The notes below the pieces were generated by a model, which saw nothing but the letters and a program-made list of their open reading frames with translations, was not told the DNA's origin and made no database searches. DNA of 63,166 nucleotides, counting the filler, from an uncultured archaeon (lineage in GTDB: Archaea > Nanobdellota > Nanobdellia > Woesearchaeales > CAIVOO01), in the NCBI GenBank assembly GCA_903842985.1. It is 5 parts of 5 records of this genome, joined end to end, with 100 filler letters (N's around TTAATTAATTAA, not from the genome) between each part and the next. Parts side by side here need not be neighbours in the genome. Positions count along the whole stretch, not along the records: positions 13,127 to 23,422 come from CAIMOB010000029.1; positions 23,523 to 47,151 come from CAIMOB010000031.1; 3 more parts are not named here. One strand, 5' to 3'. A program made the position numbers and the translations under genes. Below are positions 19,666 to 29,167 of this stretch, piece after piece (positions within the stretch are counted from its first letter, which is position 1; the number at the start of each line of letters is the position of its first letter).

Positions 19666-21056
19666 ACTCCCCCTTCCATGAACCTTCTCATCATAGGATT
19701 CATGTCATACATGTGCTGCTGTGCAATCTCTTCATATAATCTATAAATAATCATTACAGTAAGCAGGATTCCAGTACCCCTTCCAAGCGCGCCCAATAAA
19801 TCAGCGACAGAAGCCAAGAGACCAACAAAAATTGCGCCCATGATTGTCAGTGGCCAGATGTATCTGCTTAATATCCTTTCCAAAACCCTTTCATCTCTCC
19901 TGAATCCAGGTATTTGCAGGCCAGATGCCATTATATTCTTTGCCTGACTTCTCGCGTCCATTCCAGATGTCTGTACCCAGAAAACTGAGAATAGGATAGA
20001 CCCGCCGAGGAAAAAAAGCAGATAAACAACTGAATGCCCAATGTCAGCAAATGACATACTTCCTGTAATTATTTTATTTACAATGTTTGGCGAATGTATC
20101 CAGGAAACAATCCCTGTTGCAGGAGAGTTGCCCACAAATGTACCTAAAATTGGTAAGCCCCAGTTCTGAAGCAGCCTTGCCCACAGCTGAATGTTCGCCA
20201 TCAGCGCCGCAACCAGGATAACTGGAATATTTGAAGTGTAAATAAAAGAGAGAGGCCATCTTATGCCGTGCCCTCTTATCCTTCCAAACGAAAGGGGGAT
20301 TTCAACCTTCATCGCCTGGCCATAGACAGCCATCACGAAGACAATTACTGTTGCAACCAGCGTTGCAATCATAAGCGCAGCAGTCAAGGGATCCCCTCCT
20401 GCGAGACTCTGGAAAAGTGCAGGAACAGCTCCTGTTGCTATGTCAGGATTTGTTGGGCTTGGAAATGGCGAGAATGCTCTTACAAATACCTCCTTTGAAA
20501 CGCCCGCTGCGATAAACAATGAGATGCCTGAGCCAAAGCCCCACTTGCTCACAACTTCATCCATGTACATAATCATTATCCCGCCGAGGAAAAGCTGGAA
20601 TATTAGCACGAGCTCTAATGAAAAGTAAGCTGCTGTTCCAGCAAGCTCTGCCGGCGGCGCAAGCCCGCCCATCAAAACATAGACAGATGCCTCAAATATT
20701 ACAAAAAATATTCCAAGCACCTTCTGCACTCCCTGAAATGTTTTCTTTCCCTCGTGAGATGTCAGGTCAAATTTTACAATCCCCGAGCCATTAAGCAGCT
20801 GCAGAACAATAGACGCTGTAACCAATGGGCCAATTCCCAGTGATATTATTGAGCCGAATTCAGCCCCAAGGATTATGGAAAGGTATTCAAACTGCTGTAG
20901 AGCGTTCTGCCCAAGTCCGAAAAGCGGAATCATTCCAAGAATAAAGAAGAGACCAAGGACAATCAGGGTCCACTTTAGTTTTTCCTTGAAAGCAAGCCTT
21001 TTCTGCGCAGGCTTCTTTACTTCAGGAAGATTCATTAATATATCATTAAAATTCAT
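19662..21056 (-). CDS. secY: Preprotein translocase SecY
   Basis: LGIGPLVTASI, GSGISLFI, YTSNIPVIL and GTGILL motifs. Confidence 0.98.
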   Translation of the reverse strand: MNFNDILMNLPEVKKPAQKRLAFKEKLKWTLIVLGLFFILGMIPLFGLGQNALQQFEYLSIILGAEFGSIISLGIGPLVTASIVLQLLNGSGIVKFDLTSHEGKKTFQGVQKVLGIFFVIFEASVYVLMGGLAPPAELAGTAAYFSLELVLIFQLFLGGIMIMYMDEVVSKWGFGSGISLFIAAGVSKEVFVRAFSPFPSPTNPDIATGAVPALFQSLAGGDPLTAALMIATLVATVIVFVMAVYGQAMKVEIPLSFGRIRGHGIRWPLSFIYTSNIPVILVAALMANIQLWARLLQNWGLPILGTFVGNSPATGIVSWIHSPNIVNKIITGSMSFADIGHSVVYLLFFLGGSILFSVFWVQTSGMDARSQAKNIMASGLQIPGFRRDERVLERILSRYIWPLTIMGAIFVGLLASVADLLGALGRGTGILLTVMIIYRLYEEIAQQHMYDMNPMMRRFMEGGV

Positions 21057-21508
21057 CCCTTAACCTCTTTTGAAAGCGTTATTTCTCCTCCAGCCTTTTT
21101 AACAGACTCCAGCGCTTTTTTCGATGCATAGTCTGCTGTTATCTTTAATTTTTTTGTCAGCTTTCCTGTTCCAAGCACCTTGTTAAATCCAAGTTTTTTA
21201 AGCTCAATATTATAAACGCCTTTTTCCTCACTGACAAGCTTCTGTGCAATAAGATTTTGAAGATTATTTTCAATAAATTTAAGATTGACTGCCTTGACCT
21301 TCGTAGGGTTTTTGTTCACAAACCCATGTTTCCCAAGCTCCATCTTTTTCCAGCCGCCTTTTGCAGGCGCCTTTGCCCATGACCTCTTTCCGCTTCCAGC
21401 ATTGCCTTTTCCGCCCCTGCTTCCGCCGCCTCTGTGCTTTTTCTTGGCGCCCCAGCCGTGGCCGCTTGCTCTCTGCCGTGTAAACTTTCTTCTTTTGTTG
21501 ACTACCAT
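21053..21508 (-). CDS. rpl15: 50S ribosomal protein uL15
   Basis: GWG..KKHRG.G.RGG.G.AG, KVLGTG. Confidence 0.95.
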   Translation of the reverse strand: MVVNKRRKFTRQRASGHGWGAKKKHRGGGSRGGKGNAGSGKRSWAKAPAKGGWKKMELGKHGFVNKNPTKVKAVNLKFIENNLQNLIAQKLVSEEKGVYNIELKKLGFNKVLGTGKLTKKLKITADYASKKALESVKKAGGEITLSKEVKG

Positions 21509-21864
21509 TATATCATCCTTTTTACAAGCTCATTTATCTTATCGCCCCTGTATCCGAGCGCACCGCCAACATTATAGCCTGCCTTTGTTCCTTTCCTCTC
21601 CCAGCCTTTTATCGGCGGATGTAGCCTGAAAAACTTTTTGCCTTCCTTGCCTCTTTTTTCTACAAGAAGCTTGTAAACATCATCACTTATCTCGCCGAAT
21701 GTGACAAAGTCCTTTACCCTTTTAACCATGCCAAGATTGGATTTTGTAGGTTCAAGAACAACGCAGGAATATTTTCTTCTTAGCTTAAGCATGTCAAGCG
21801 TGTCGATTGCTCCTCTCCTTTTCCTTACCATTCCCGAAATCCTGATAACACATATTTTGCTCAT
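21508..21864 (-). CDS. rpl30: 50S ribosomal protein uL30
   Basis: FRLHPP.KG, GYRG.KINEL. Confidence 0.95.
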   Translation of the reverse strand: MSKICVIRISGMVRKRRGAIDTLDMLKLRRKYSCVVLEPTKSNLGMVKRVKDFVTFGEISDDVYKLLVEKRGKEGKKFFRLHPPIKGWERKGTKAGYNVGGALGYRGDKINELVKRMI

Positions 21865-21923
21865 TTTAACGAACCTCGTGAGTTAAAATGTCCGCAAATC
21901 AGAATAATTTGCGTCATTTTATT
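21862..21923 (-). repeat. Intergenic hairpin element, copy 1 (rps5/rpl30 junction)
   Basis: Sense strand AAAATG-A-CGCAAAT-loop-ATTTGCG-GA-CATTTT followed by TCACGAGGTTC. Confidence 0.8.
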
Positions 21924-22753
21924 CTGCCCTCTACAATCCCAAGCTTCTCAAAGCAGTCTGGCTTGACTTTTGTTGTTGATAGCTTCTTAAGCGCCTCGAA
22001 GCATGCCTTGACCATGTTGATTTTTGTTGTTGTATTTCCTTTGCTTTTTGACCAGACATCCTTTATGCCTGCAAGCGCAAGCATCTTCTTGCATTCGTTT
22101 TCAATAACAAGCCCTGTGCCTTTAGGTGCAGGCATCAGTTCGATTTCAACAGAACCGCATTTTCCCCTTACCTTAAAAGGTATTGTGTGGGGCATCTTGC
22201 AGCCGCACTGCCACGAGCCGCAGCCTCTTCTTATCTTTATCATGTTTAATTTTGAATTTCGGTACGCCTTTTCTCTTGCAGGAACAGTCTCCTTTGATTT
22301 TCCTGTGTCAAGGCCGAGGTAGCCGTCGCGGTTTCCGGTGACAACAACTGTCGCGAATCTTGGCTTATTGCCCTCTTTTGTCTTTTTCTGGGTTTGCCTG
22401 AATATCCTTCTCTGCCCGCCTCCGAATTTTCCCTTCGCCTGTCCCACAAGCAGAAGCTCTGTCTCGAGGTTCGGCAGCAGCACATTGATTATTTCAACTT
22501 CCCTTACCTTTGTGCCGGAATCAAATAGCTCATTAATATCTGTTATCTCGCCATTCTTGACTTTTTTTCCGAGAGCGGTTTTGGGAATCCAAGCAACAGG
22601 ATCAAAAACTTTTTCAAACTGTCTTTTTGTATAGTCTCTCTTCGTTTCATTTTTCGTGTATTCTTTCTTTACTTCCTTATTTTCCACCACTATGGCTTTT
22701 TCTTCAGTTACTTCTTTTTTTTCAACTACTGCTGTTTTTTCTTCAGTGCTCAT
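21914..22753 (-). CDS. rps5: 30S ribosomal protein uS5
   Basis: WIPKT.LG, RRGCGSW and PAPKGTGL motifs. Confidence 0.97.
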   Translation of the reverse strand: MSTEEKTAVVEKKEVTEEKAIVVENKEVKKEYTKNETKRDYTKRQFEKVFDPVAWIPKTALGKKVKNGEITDINELFDSGTKVREVEIINVLLPNLETELLLVGQAKGKFGGGQRRIFRQTQKKTKEGNKPRFATVVVTGNRDGYLGLDTGKSKETVPAREKAYRNSKLNMIKIRRGCGSWQCGCKMPHTIPFKVRGKCGSVEIELMPAPKGTGLVIENECKKMLALAGIKDVWSKSKGNTTTKINMVKACFEALKKLSTTKVKPDCFEKLGIVEGRIK

Positions 22754-23295
22754 GTTGCCAGTATCTTGCTCTTAACCTGTTTAAATATTTCAGGCAGCTC
22801 CTCCGCATTTTTTGTTTTTGAAAATTTATTAGGTGACTTTGAGGCATATGTGCTTATATGCTTTCCGCTTATCCTGTCATCTGAAGGAAATTTTTCAGCA
22901 GGGCAAACTATTTTCAGCCCGCCGTCAATCGCACCTTTTATGCAGCCATATATCTTTGAACCCCTTATGGGGCTTGACATTCCTGCGTCAACAGTCACTT
23001 CAGCAATCTTCTGCTTAATCGCCTTTTTCGCTATAAGCAGGCCAAGAAGATACGCTGCCGGCGTGTTGCTTTTGCTGAATTTCCAGCCGAATGCCTCCAG
23101 GTCCTTTGACTTGACGCTTGCCAAAATTTTGTCCCCTTTTTGATCATATCCTGTTATCTGAACATAAAAATTATTCAGTGTCGGCCTTATGACTAATCTG
23201 GATTTTCTTGAAGCGAGAAGTTTCAGCCTTTTTTTGTAGTCTGTCTTTAATTTCCTTCTCCTTCTTTCAATTACTGTATATCTTACGTTTTTCAT
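22750..23295 (-). CDS. rpl18: 50S ribosomal protein uL18
   Basis: KTDYKKRLKLL, NTPAAYLLG. Confidence 0.95.
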   Translation of the reverse strand: MKNVRYTVIERRRRKLKTDYKKRLKLLASRKSRLVIRPTLNNFYVQITGYDQKGDKILASVKSKDLEAFGWKFSKSNTPAAYLLGLLIAKKAIKQKIAEVTVDAGMSSPIRGSKIYGCIKGAIDGGLKIVCPAEKFPSDDRISGKHISTYASKSPNKFSKTKNAEELPEIFKQVKSKILAT

Positions 23296-23353
23296 TTTTT
23301 ATGAACCTTGTGAATAAAAAATGTCCGCAAATTTAAAATTTGCGTCATTTTAT
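23293..23353 (-). repeat. Intergenic hairpin element, copy 2 (rpl19e/rpl18 junction)
   Basis: Sense strand AAAATG-A-CGCAAAT-TTTAA-ATTTGCG-GA-CATTTT followed by TCACAAGGTTC. Confidence 0.8.
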
Positions 23354-23422
23354 GAGTTTGTGTTCAGCCAGGTAAATCTGAAGGTGTCTCTTGTTTCTGA
23401 AAAAACCTCCCTTGACCTTTGC
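23345..23422 (-). CDS. rpl19e: 50S ribosomal protein eL19, C-terminal fragment
   Basis: AKVKGGFFRNKRHLQIYLAEHKLIK*, expected position upstream of rpl18. Confidence 0.85.
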   Translation of the reverse strand, partial: AKVKGGFFRNKRHLQIYLAEHKLIK

Positions 23423-23522
23423 NNNNNNNNNNNNNNNNNNNNNNNNNNNNNNNNNNNNNNNNNNNNTTAATTAATTAANNNNNNNNNNNNNNNNNNNNNN
23501 NNNNNNNNNNNNNNNNNNNNNN
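23423..23522. other. Artificial contig linker
   Basis: N-run-TTAATTAATTAA-N-run. Confidence 0.99.
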
Positions 23523-23908
23523 GCTTTTATTATTAACCCGTCCCTTCCGACAACTATTTTTTTGAAATATTCATCTGGGTTTGACACTCTTATGAGCTCA
23601 GGCTTTGTAAGGATTGATATCTCAACTTCAATTTCATTAAACTCTTCTTTTGTTAATGGCTTGAATCTTGGGTCTTCAAATGCAGCTGCCCTTGCAGCCC
23701 TTACAACTGCCCTGTACAGTTCCATTGTCGGCTCTGTGAATCCGATGCAGCCTTTCAGTTTTCCGTTTAATTTCAGCGTCACAAACACGCCCAGCTTTTC
23801 AGAGAATACTTTGTATGATTCCAGCGAGAGGGTTTTGCGCTCGAAATACGTCTCTATCGCATGCCTCGCCAGCTCAATTAGCTTCTTGCCCTGCTCCAGT
23901 TTAAACAT
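23523..23908 (-). CDS. AMMECR1-domain protein (truncated by contig end)
   Basis: GVFVTL...LKGCIG...DPRF. Confidence 0.9.
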
Positions 23909-23987
23909 ACGCTATGATTTGCGCTTGGAGTTTAAAAATGTTTAGAATTGTTTGCATCAAATTAAAAAAGAAAATAAAAAAATTGTT

Positions 23988-24572
23988 TTAGTTAGCAGGA
24001 ACAACCTCTCCATATCCGCTTGATGTACCGCTGTCAGGACCTTCGGTGGTTCTAAGCATGTCAAATCCATCTGCTATAAGCGGATTATTCAGGATTTCGT
24101 CTGCAGCATCATCTGAAACCAGAGACAATTCCTTTTCGCCGTTGTCTATCACAATTGTGATGTTTTTTCCGCAGATTGTCATAGATTTAATTTCTATGTT
24201 GTGGAAATACGCCAGATGCCTCATTCCTGCTGCTGTCGGAACATATATCTTCCATGTTTTCGGCCCTGTTATTTCGCCGTAATCGCCCATTAAATTTGAG
24301 CTTTGCGTTATTACATATATTGTATTTTCAACAACATCAGAACACTGCACCTTTCCCAGCAAAGCATTCACATCCAAAGCAGACCCATCTGTTGGCTGTT
24401 CAATTACAATTGGTGCTGTTTCTGTTGGCTGTGTAACTTCCGTGTCCAACGGAACATTTCCAGTAATCCCGTTTGTCTGCGTTGCTCCGTTCTCTGTTTC
24501 CTTGCATCCTACAAACACAAACATCATTAACACTGCAATAGCAAGTGTTTTCAAAATTGTATTATTTTTCAT
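23988..24572 (-). CDS. Putative lipoprotein
   Basis: Signal peptide ending FVGC, then Thr/Pro-rich linker. Confidence 0.75.
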   Translation of the reverse strand: MKNNTILKTLAIAVLMMFVFVGCKETENGATQTNGITGNVPLDTEVTQPTETAPIVIEQPTDGSALDVNALLGKVQCSDVVENTIYVITQSSNLMGDYGEITGPKTWKIYVPTAAGMRHLAYFHNIEIKSMTICGKNITIVIDNGEKELSLVSDDAADEILNNPLIADGFDMLRTTEGPDSGTSSGYGEVVPAN

Positions 24573-24635
24573 TGTGCAAATACCCCCCTATGAATATTGT
24601 AAAAATGAGGGTTTATAAGCTTTTTGTGCAGTATA

Positions 24636-25580
24636 TTAAATCAGCCTGTTAACCACAATCTCTGTTATTAGGTATAGTGCATAGAACAATAGCAAGCATG
24701 CCCCCTCTTTTCTTGAGAGAAGTTTACCTGATTTAATGAAGAGCACAGTGAGCAGGCCTGCAATAAACATGGCAGCACCTGTTACATAAATTACTGTTGG
24801 TTTAAAATAAAATGGGCTTATGATTGAGATGATTCCTATTATTATTGTAGCATCTATTATTACTGTACCAAGGACGTCACCAAGCGCCAGTTCATCGTGG
24901 TTCGCTCTTACAGCCCTTATGGAGAACAGCAGTTCAGGTAGGCATGTCCCTATGGATACCATAGTCAATCCAACAAGTATTGGCGGTATCTGGAGATTAT
25001 TTGCAAAGTCAACGCCGAATTTGATTGTGTAATTCGCGCTTACCAGCAGGACAGCAAGACTAAGAATTAATAGCGCAAGACTCTTGTAGAAAGAGCCATC
25101 CCTTAATTTATTAAGTTTCTTTGTAAATCTCGCGGACTCTATAAAGAGAGTGTAAAAGAAGAATAACCCCACAAGCAGCAACAATATGCCGTCAATTCTT
25201 GAGAAACGGCCGTCTATTCCCAGAATCACCGGAAACAGTAGCAGAGCAATATAAAAAAAATCTTTTTTTAATATCTCGCTTTTTATTGATATGCCTCTGG
25301 TGGATATCAGCGCAACCAAACCAAACACCAATGTCAGGTCTGCAACATTCGACCCCAGCAGCGTTCCCAATCCGAATTCAGGCATCCCTTTGATTGCTGA
25401 AATAATTGAGATTGTTGCTTCAGGAAATGCTGAAATCACTGCAACTATGAAAAAACTTACAATGAATTCCCTCATATGGAATATTTTTGCCAGCCTCGAT
25501 GAATATCGCGTGGCATAATCTGCACTCTTGATTAAAATGAACAGAAATACCAAAAATAATATTAGATTCAGAATCGCCAT
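24636..25580 (-). CDS. Sodium:calcium antiporter (CaCA)
   Basis: SAFPE/GSN and GTCLPE/GDVLG alpha repeats. Confidence 0.9.
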   Translation of the reverse strand: MAILNLILFLVFLFILIKSADYATRYSSRLAKIFHMREFIVSFFIVAVISAFPEATISIISAIKGMPEFGLGTLLGSNVADLTLVFGLVALISTRGISIKSEILKKDFFYIALLLFPVILGIDGRFSRIDGILLLLVGLFFFYTLFIESARFTKKLNKLRDGSFYKSLALLILSLAVLLVSANYTIKFGVDFANNLQIPPILVGLTMVSIGTCLPELLFSIRAVRANHDELALGDVLGTVIIDATIIIGIISIISPFYFKPTVIYVTGAAMFIAGLLTVLFIKSGKLLSRKEGACLLLFYALYLITEIVVNRLI

Positions 25581-25626
25581 TTTTTCAACCAATTATTGAG
25601 AGTATAAGAATGTTTCGCAAATTAAT

Positions 25627-26073
25627 CTAGCGCTTCTTTTCCAAAATCTTCTTCAGATTCTCGCCCTCTTCCTTCATATGCGTTTTTATTGCATCAAGTT
25701 TTGCAGGCATAAGCTTTGACAGAATGTAGCCAAACCGGAATGAAAGCGTTGCAGTGAAACTGCTTCCTGTGCTGTAGGGTTTAACCTTAAATGACCCGCC
25801 GGAGCAGACAACAGATTCTGAAGATAATATTTTGTATTCAATTAATCTGTTTGGCACATATTTTGTGACCTCACAGGTTAATTTTTCAAGTTTGCCTCCC
25901 AAACACTCTTCTACATAAAGAATAGAGCCTTCCTGAAAACTGTCTCCTATGCCCAATTCAGCAGTTTTATGGTCCCTATGCCATGATTTGTAATTCTTAA
26001 CAATGTTGTCAAACCATTTGAAAATATCTTCTGGAGTCGCGTTTATGTTAACAGAATCTTCCAAGGTCACCAT
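25627..26073 (-). CDS. SRPBCC family protein
   Basis: SVNINATPEDIF...W...PNRLI...NLKKILE. Confidence 0.85.
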   Translation of the reverse strand: MVTLEDSVNINATPEDIFKWFDNIVKNYKSWHRDHKTAELGIGDSFQEGSILYVEECLGGKLEKLTCEVTKYVPNRLIEYKILSSESVVCSGGSFKVKPYSTGSSFTATLSFRFGYILSKLMPAKLDAIKTHMKEEGENLKKILEKKR

Positions 26074-26109
26074 AAATTAACACAGAACATGCTTATTATA
26101 AATACTTTT

Positions 26110-26367
26110 TTATTTCAGCGACTTCTTAAGTTTTTCAATTTCTTTTTTTACCCTTTCAACTGCGCTGTTCAGAGCGTCCCTTGCGCTCCCCTTGCTGACT
26201 TCAATTATCAGCTGCGGCTTTCCAACCAATGGGTGCTTCAGCTTCTGCGCAGAAACTTTCACATTCTCATCATTCCAGATTTCGCCTTCAATCATGCTGC
26301 CTATTGTGGAGTTGTCTAACTCAAGAACAAGCTTCTTTGCCGATTCCTCAAGAACTGTGACTTGCAT
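26110..26367 (-). CDS. rpoL: RNA polymerase subunit L (Rpo11)
   Basis: 85 aa with HPL motif and Rpo11 layout. Confidence 0.85.
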   Translation of the reverse strand: MQVTVLEESAKKLVLELDNSTIGSMIEGEIWNDENVKVSAQKLKHPLVGKPQLIIEVSKGSARDALNSAVERVKKEIEKLKKSLK

Positions 26368-26461
26368 GGTTTAATGGAAATGTAGGTGGTTTATAAAGGT
26401 TTTTGTTCGTAAAATATAAATACTCCAATATATGCAATTATAGTAATCCGTACTTATAAAA

Positions 26462-27079
26462 ATGAAAAGAGTAAAAGCATGGGCAAAGGAAATCAAAGCG
26501 CATAGCCATCTTATCCTCCTCTCAATTGTTTTTCTTGCGATTGCCCTGGCGATAAATTATTTTATTGGGGATTATACAAGCGAGGTTACAACAGCAACTG
26601 TCCCAGACCTTATATTGGACCATCTTCCTGTTGTTGACATTTCTTTTCTCTTTTTTTACGGGTTTGAAATTGTTATTGCTGTCTTATTGTTGTATCCTTT
26701 GGTGTTCAATGTTAAGGAGTTTCATATCGCAATCAGCCAATTCAGCCTGCTTGTCCTGATAAGAAGCTTTTTCATAGCATTGACTCATCTTGGCACCCCT
26801 ATTAATGCCATATCCATATCCTCTTCCCATCTTTACAATTGGCTTGTGTTTCAGAATGACTTGTTTTTCTCAGGGCACACAGCAGTGCCTCTCCTGGGCT
26901 TCTTGCTGTACAGGAAAGAAAAGATAGGCATTTTCTTCTTAATCATGACAATAGCCTTGGCTGCAACTGTTTTGTTTATGCATCTTCACTATGGCATCGA
27001 CGTTTTTGCTGCGGTTTTCATAACATATGGTTCATACCAGTTTGGCAACTGGTTTTTCAGAAAAATTAACCATTATTAA
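26462..27079 (+). CDS. PAP2/sphingomyelin-synthase-like membrane protein
   Basis: DLFFSGHT and HYGIDV motifs. Confidence 0.85.
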   Translation: MKRVKAWAKEIKAHSHLILLSIVFLAIALAINYFIGDYTSEVTTATVPDLILDHLPVVDISFLFFYGFEIVIAVLLLYPLVFNVKEFHIAISQFSLLVLIRSFFIALTHLGTPINAISISSSHLYNWLVFQNDLFFSGHTAVPLLGFLLYRKEKIGIFFLIMTIALAATVLFMHLHYGIDVFAAVFITYGSYQFGNWFFRKINHY

Positions 27080-27711
27080 GAATTTTCCATTCTCCAGCAA
27101 CCTACTTTGAACCTGTAGCTTTTTCTGGTATGGAACTTCTGCGTCATCTTTATCAGAAAGTCGTATTCAAAGTAATTTGTTGTTTCAAATCCATTTTCAT
27201 TTGCAAGCTTTTCTATGAATTGCTTTGACTCAGCTTTGTGGAACGAATAGATTACATTGGCTGTCTTGAAAGCCTTCTCCAGGAACGGCTTGTCTGCGTG
27301 CTTATTCTGAACTCCAAACGGAGGGTTTTCCAGCACAACATCTGCCTTTTCATTGAAGTCTTTTACATCTTTGTTGATTAGAACTGCCTTTTTTTTGCTG
27401 AGGTTTTCCTTTGCGAATTCAAGGTTTTCCGAGGTTTTCCTCAGTGCTTCCTTGTCAACATCAACAAAGAAAACCTTCTTTGCACCCAAAACTAACGCGC
27501 CTATTCCCAACAAACCAGTGCCACAGCCAAGGTCTGCAATGATCTTGCCTTTAATATCCCCATTCATGTATGCAAAATGCAGGATTTCTGCAGCAACTTC
27601 CGAGTCTGTTGCATACTGTTCGAAGGAGATTTTTGGATTCTCAAATACCTCAAGCTTTGAAAGGAATATTGCCAGGCTAGACTTGGACAGTGTTTTAGTA
27701 GATATTGTCAT
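27076..27711 (-). CDS. METTL5-family methyltransferase
   Basis: EQYAT, DLGCGTG and NPPFG motifs. Confidence 0.9.
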   Translation of the reverse strand: MTISTKTLSKSSLAIFLSKLEVFENPKISFEQYATDSEVAAEILHFAYMNGDIKGKIIADLGCGTGLLGIGALVLGAKKVFFVDVDKEALRKTSENLEFAKENLSKKKAVLINKDVKDFNEKADVVLENPPFGVQNKHADKPFLEKAFKTANVIYSFHKAESKQFIEKLANENGFETTNYFEYDFLIKMTQKFHTRKSYRFKVGCWRMENS

Positions 27712-27958
27712 GGTGGTTGAAATCAAGAAAAATTATTTTATCCTCTTCTTTAACGAATTTGAAAACAAGCACAAAATGCCCTATATGGACACGCTTTCTG
27801 TCTTTTAAACTGTATCGCAGATTTTTGTAATGCTCAATATCTGATGAGTTTATAATCTCTTCAATTTTCTTAAGAATCTGTTCATAGGTTGCATTGTCTT
27901 TTTTTGAAATTTTATTGAGGATTTTTTGCAGCGACGGGATTATCTCATATTTGCGCAT
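27695..27958 (-). CDS. RelE/ParE-family toxin
   Basis: 87 aa; YKNLRY, RVHIGHFVL, HHDNIY. Confidence 0.85.
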   Translation of the reverse strand: MRKYEIIPSLQKILNKISKKDNATYEQILKKIEEIINSSDIEHYKNLRYSLKDRKRVHIGHFVLVFKFVKEEDKIIFLDFNHHDNIY

Positions 27959-27960
27959 TC

Positions 27961-28200
27961 TTAGCCCTCAATTATCTTTCTAAGCTCAGCAACGTTCTTG
28001 AAAGGAATTCCTTTTTCTTTTTCGAGTTTTTGCAGCTTTTCAGCATATTCCGGCCTTAGCTCCGGCTCAAGAATCTGTTCTTCAAACTTGTCTATAACCA
28101 AACTGACTGCCTCTGACTTGTTTTTGAGCCCGAACTTGCCTTTGACTATGTTTAACACCCTTGCTTCATTCTCACTCAAGTTTATTATTGCCTGTACCAT
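27961..28200 (-). CDS. Antitoxin (DUF2683-like)
   Basis: VLNIVKGKFGLKNKSEA...EPELRPEY; directly upstream of the toxin. Confidence 0.85.
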   Translation of the reverse strand: MVQAIINLSENEARVLNIVKGKFGLKNKSEAVSLVIDKFEEQILEPELRPEYAEKLQKLEKEKGIPFKNVAELRKIIEG

Positions 28201-28407
28201 TTTGCCTCCATTTATAACAATTTATAATAAAATATAATGAAGTATTATTTAAACCTTTCGCTGAGTAAAACGAAGATGTTGGCAAAACCCCTTATTTATA
28301 AAGGATAGGGCTGGAAAACCCTGGAAAAACCGAAAGGTTTATAAATAAGTTATTGCTTCTATGTTACTATTACTTAGTAAGTAAATAAAAGGGGGATAAA
28401 AACAAAA

Positions 28408-28776
28408 ATGAGTAAAACAAACAAAATCGGAAAACTGGGATTAGCTGGGTTGTGTTTAATTGGAGAACTGGCTTATGGATGCGCTGCAAACTCGCAGGCA
28501 GTCAGAAATCATAATTGGATAAATAATCCGCCTGCAAATTGCGCAGTTGGTGTTGGGGAGTCAACCAGCATGAGCGTAGCAAAATCCAAGGCAAGATTGG
28601 ATGGAACAACAAAACTTTTGCAAAAGCAGGGCAATTGCAGATACGAATTGCCTGAAGGCGGCATAAACGAAAAATGCAATGGAGTTTTGTATGGTGTGCA
28701 GAATAAGGAGAACTACACTCAAATTGGCGATTCTATAACTTTAATCTATTCGCTTATGTGCCTGGACAAACAATAA
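28408..28776 (+). CDS. Putative Cys-rich lipoprotein
   Basis: Signal peptide ending AYGC; W...AVGVG motif. Confidence 0.7.
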   Translation: MSKTNKIGKLGLAGLCLIGELAYGCAANSQAVRNHNWINNPPANCAVGVGESTSMSVAKSKARLDGTTKLLQKQGNCRYELPEGGINEKCNGVLYGVQNKENYTQIGDSITLIYSLMCLDKQ

Positions 28777-28778
28777 AA

Positions 28779-29165
28779 ATGGAAACGCAATCAAAATCAA
28801 ACATGGAACAGGTATTCAGGGACATGAGAGACTTGAAGACAGTTTCCCTGCAGGAAGAGATCAAGGACATTGAATTGCTTATCAACAAGAGAGACATTCT
28901 TCACGCAGATATTTTCAATGATATTGAAGCAGTAAAGACAATGCTCAAGAACCATGAGTTTGAGGCTATGACAAACCCAAGCGCTGATTCAAAGCAGGTT
29001 TCTGAAATAAGAAAGAAGGGAATCGAGCTTGAAGAGCTGAAGGTCCAGGAAAAACTTAACCATTGGAGAGATGTTGCTGAGCTGAAGAAAGAGCTCAGGG
29101 AAATGGTAAAGGAAGCAAGAGATGCTGAGAACAAGTCAAATATTCTTGATTCATTGATGGAATAA
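28779..29165 (+). CDS. Coiled-coil protein coupled to the ATPase
   Basis: Charged helical ORF ending 2 nt before the ATPase start. Confidence 0.8.
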   Translation: METQSKSNMEQVFRDMRDLKTVSLQEEIKDIELLINKRDILHADIFNDIEAVKTMLKNHEFEAMTNPSADSKQVSEIRKKGIELEELKVQEKLNHWRDVAELKKELREMVKEARDAENKSNILDSLME

Positions 29166-29167
29166 AA

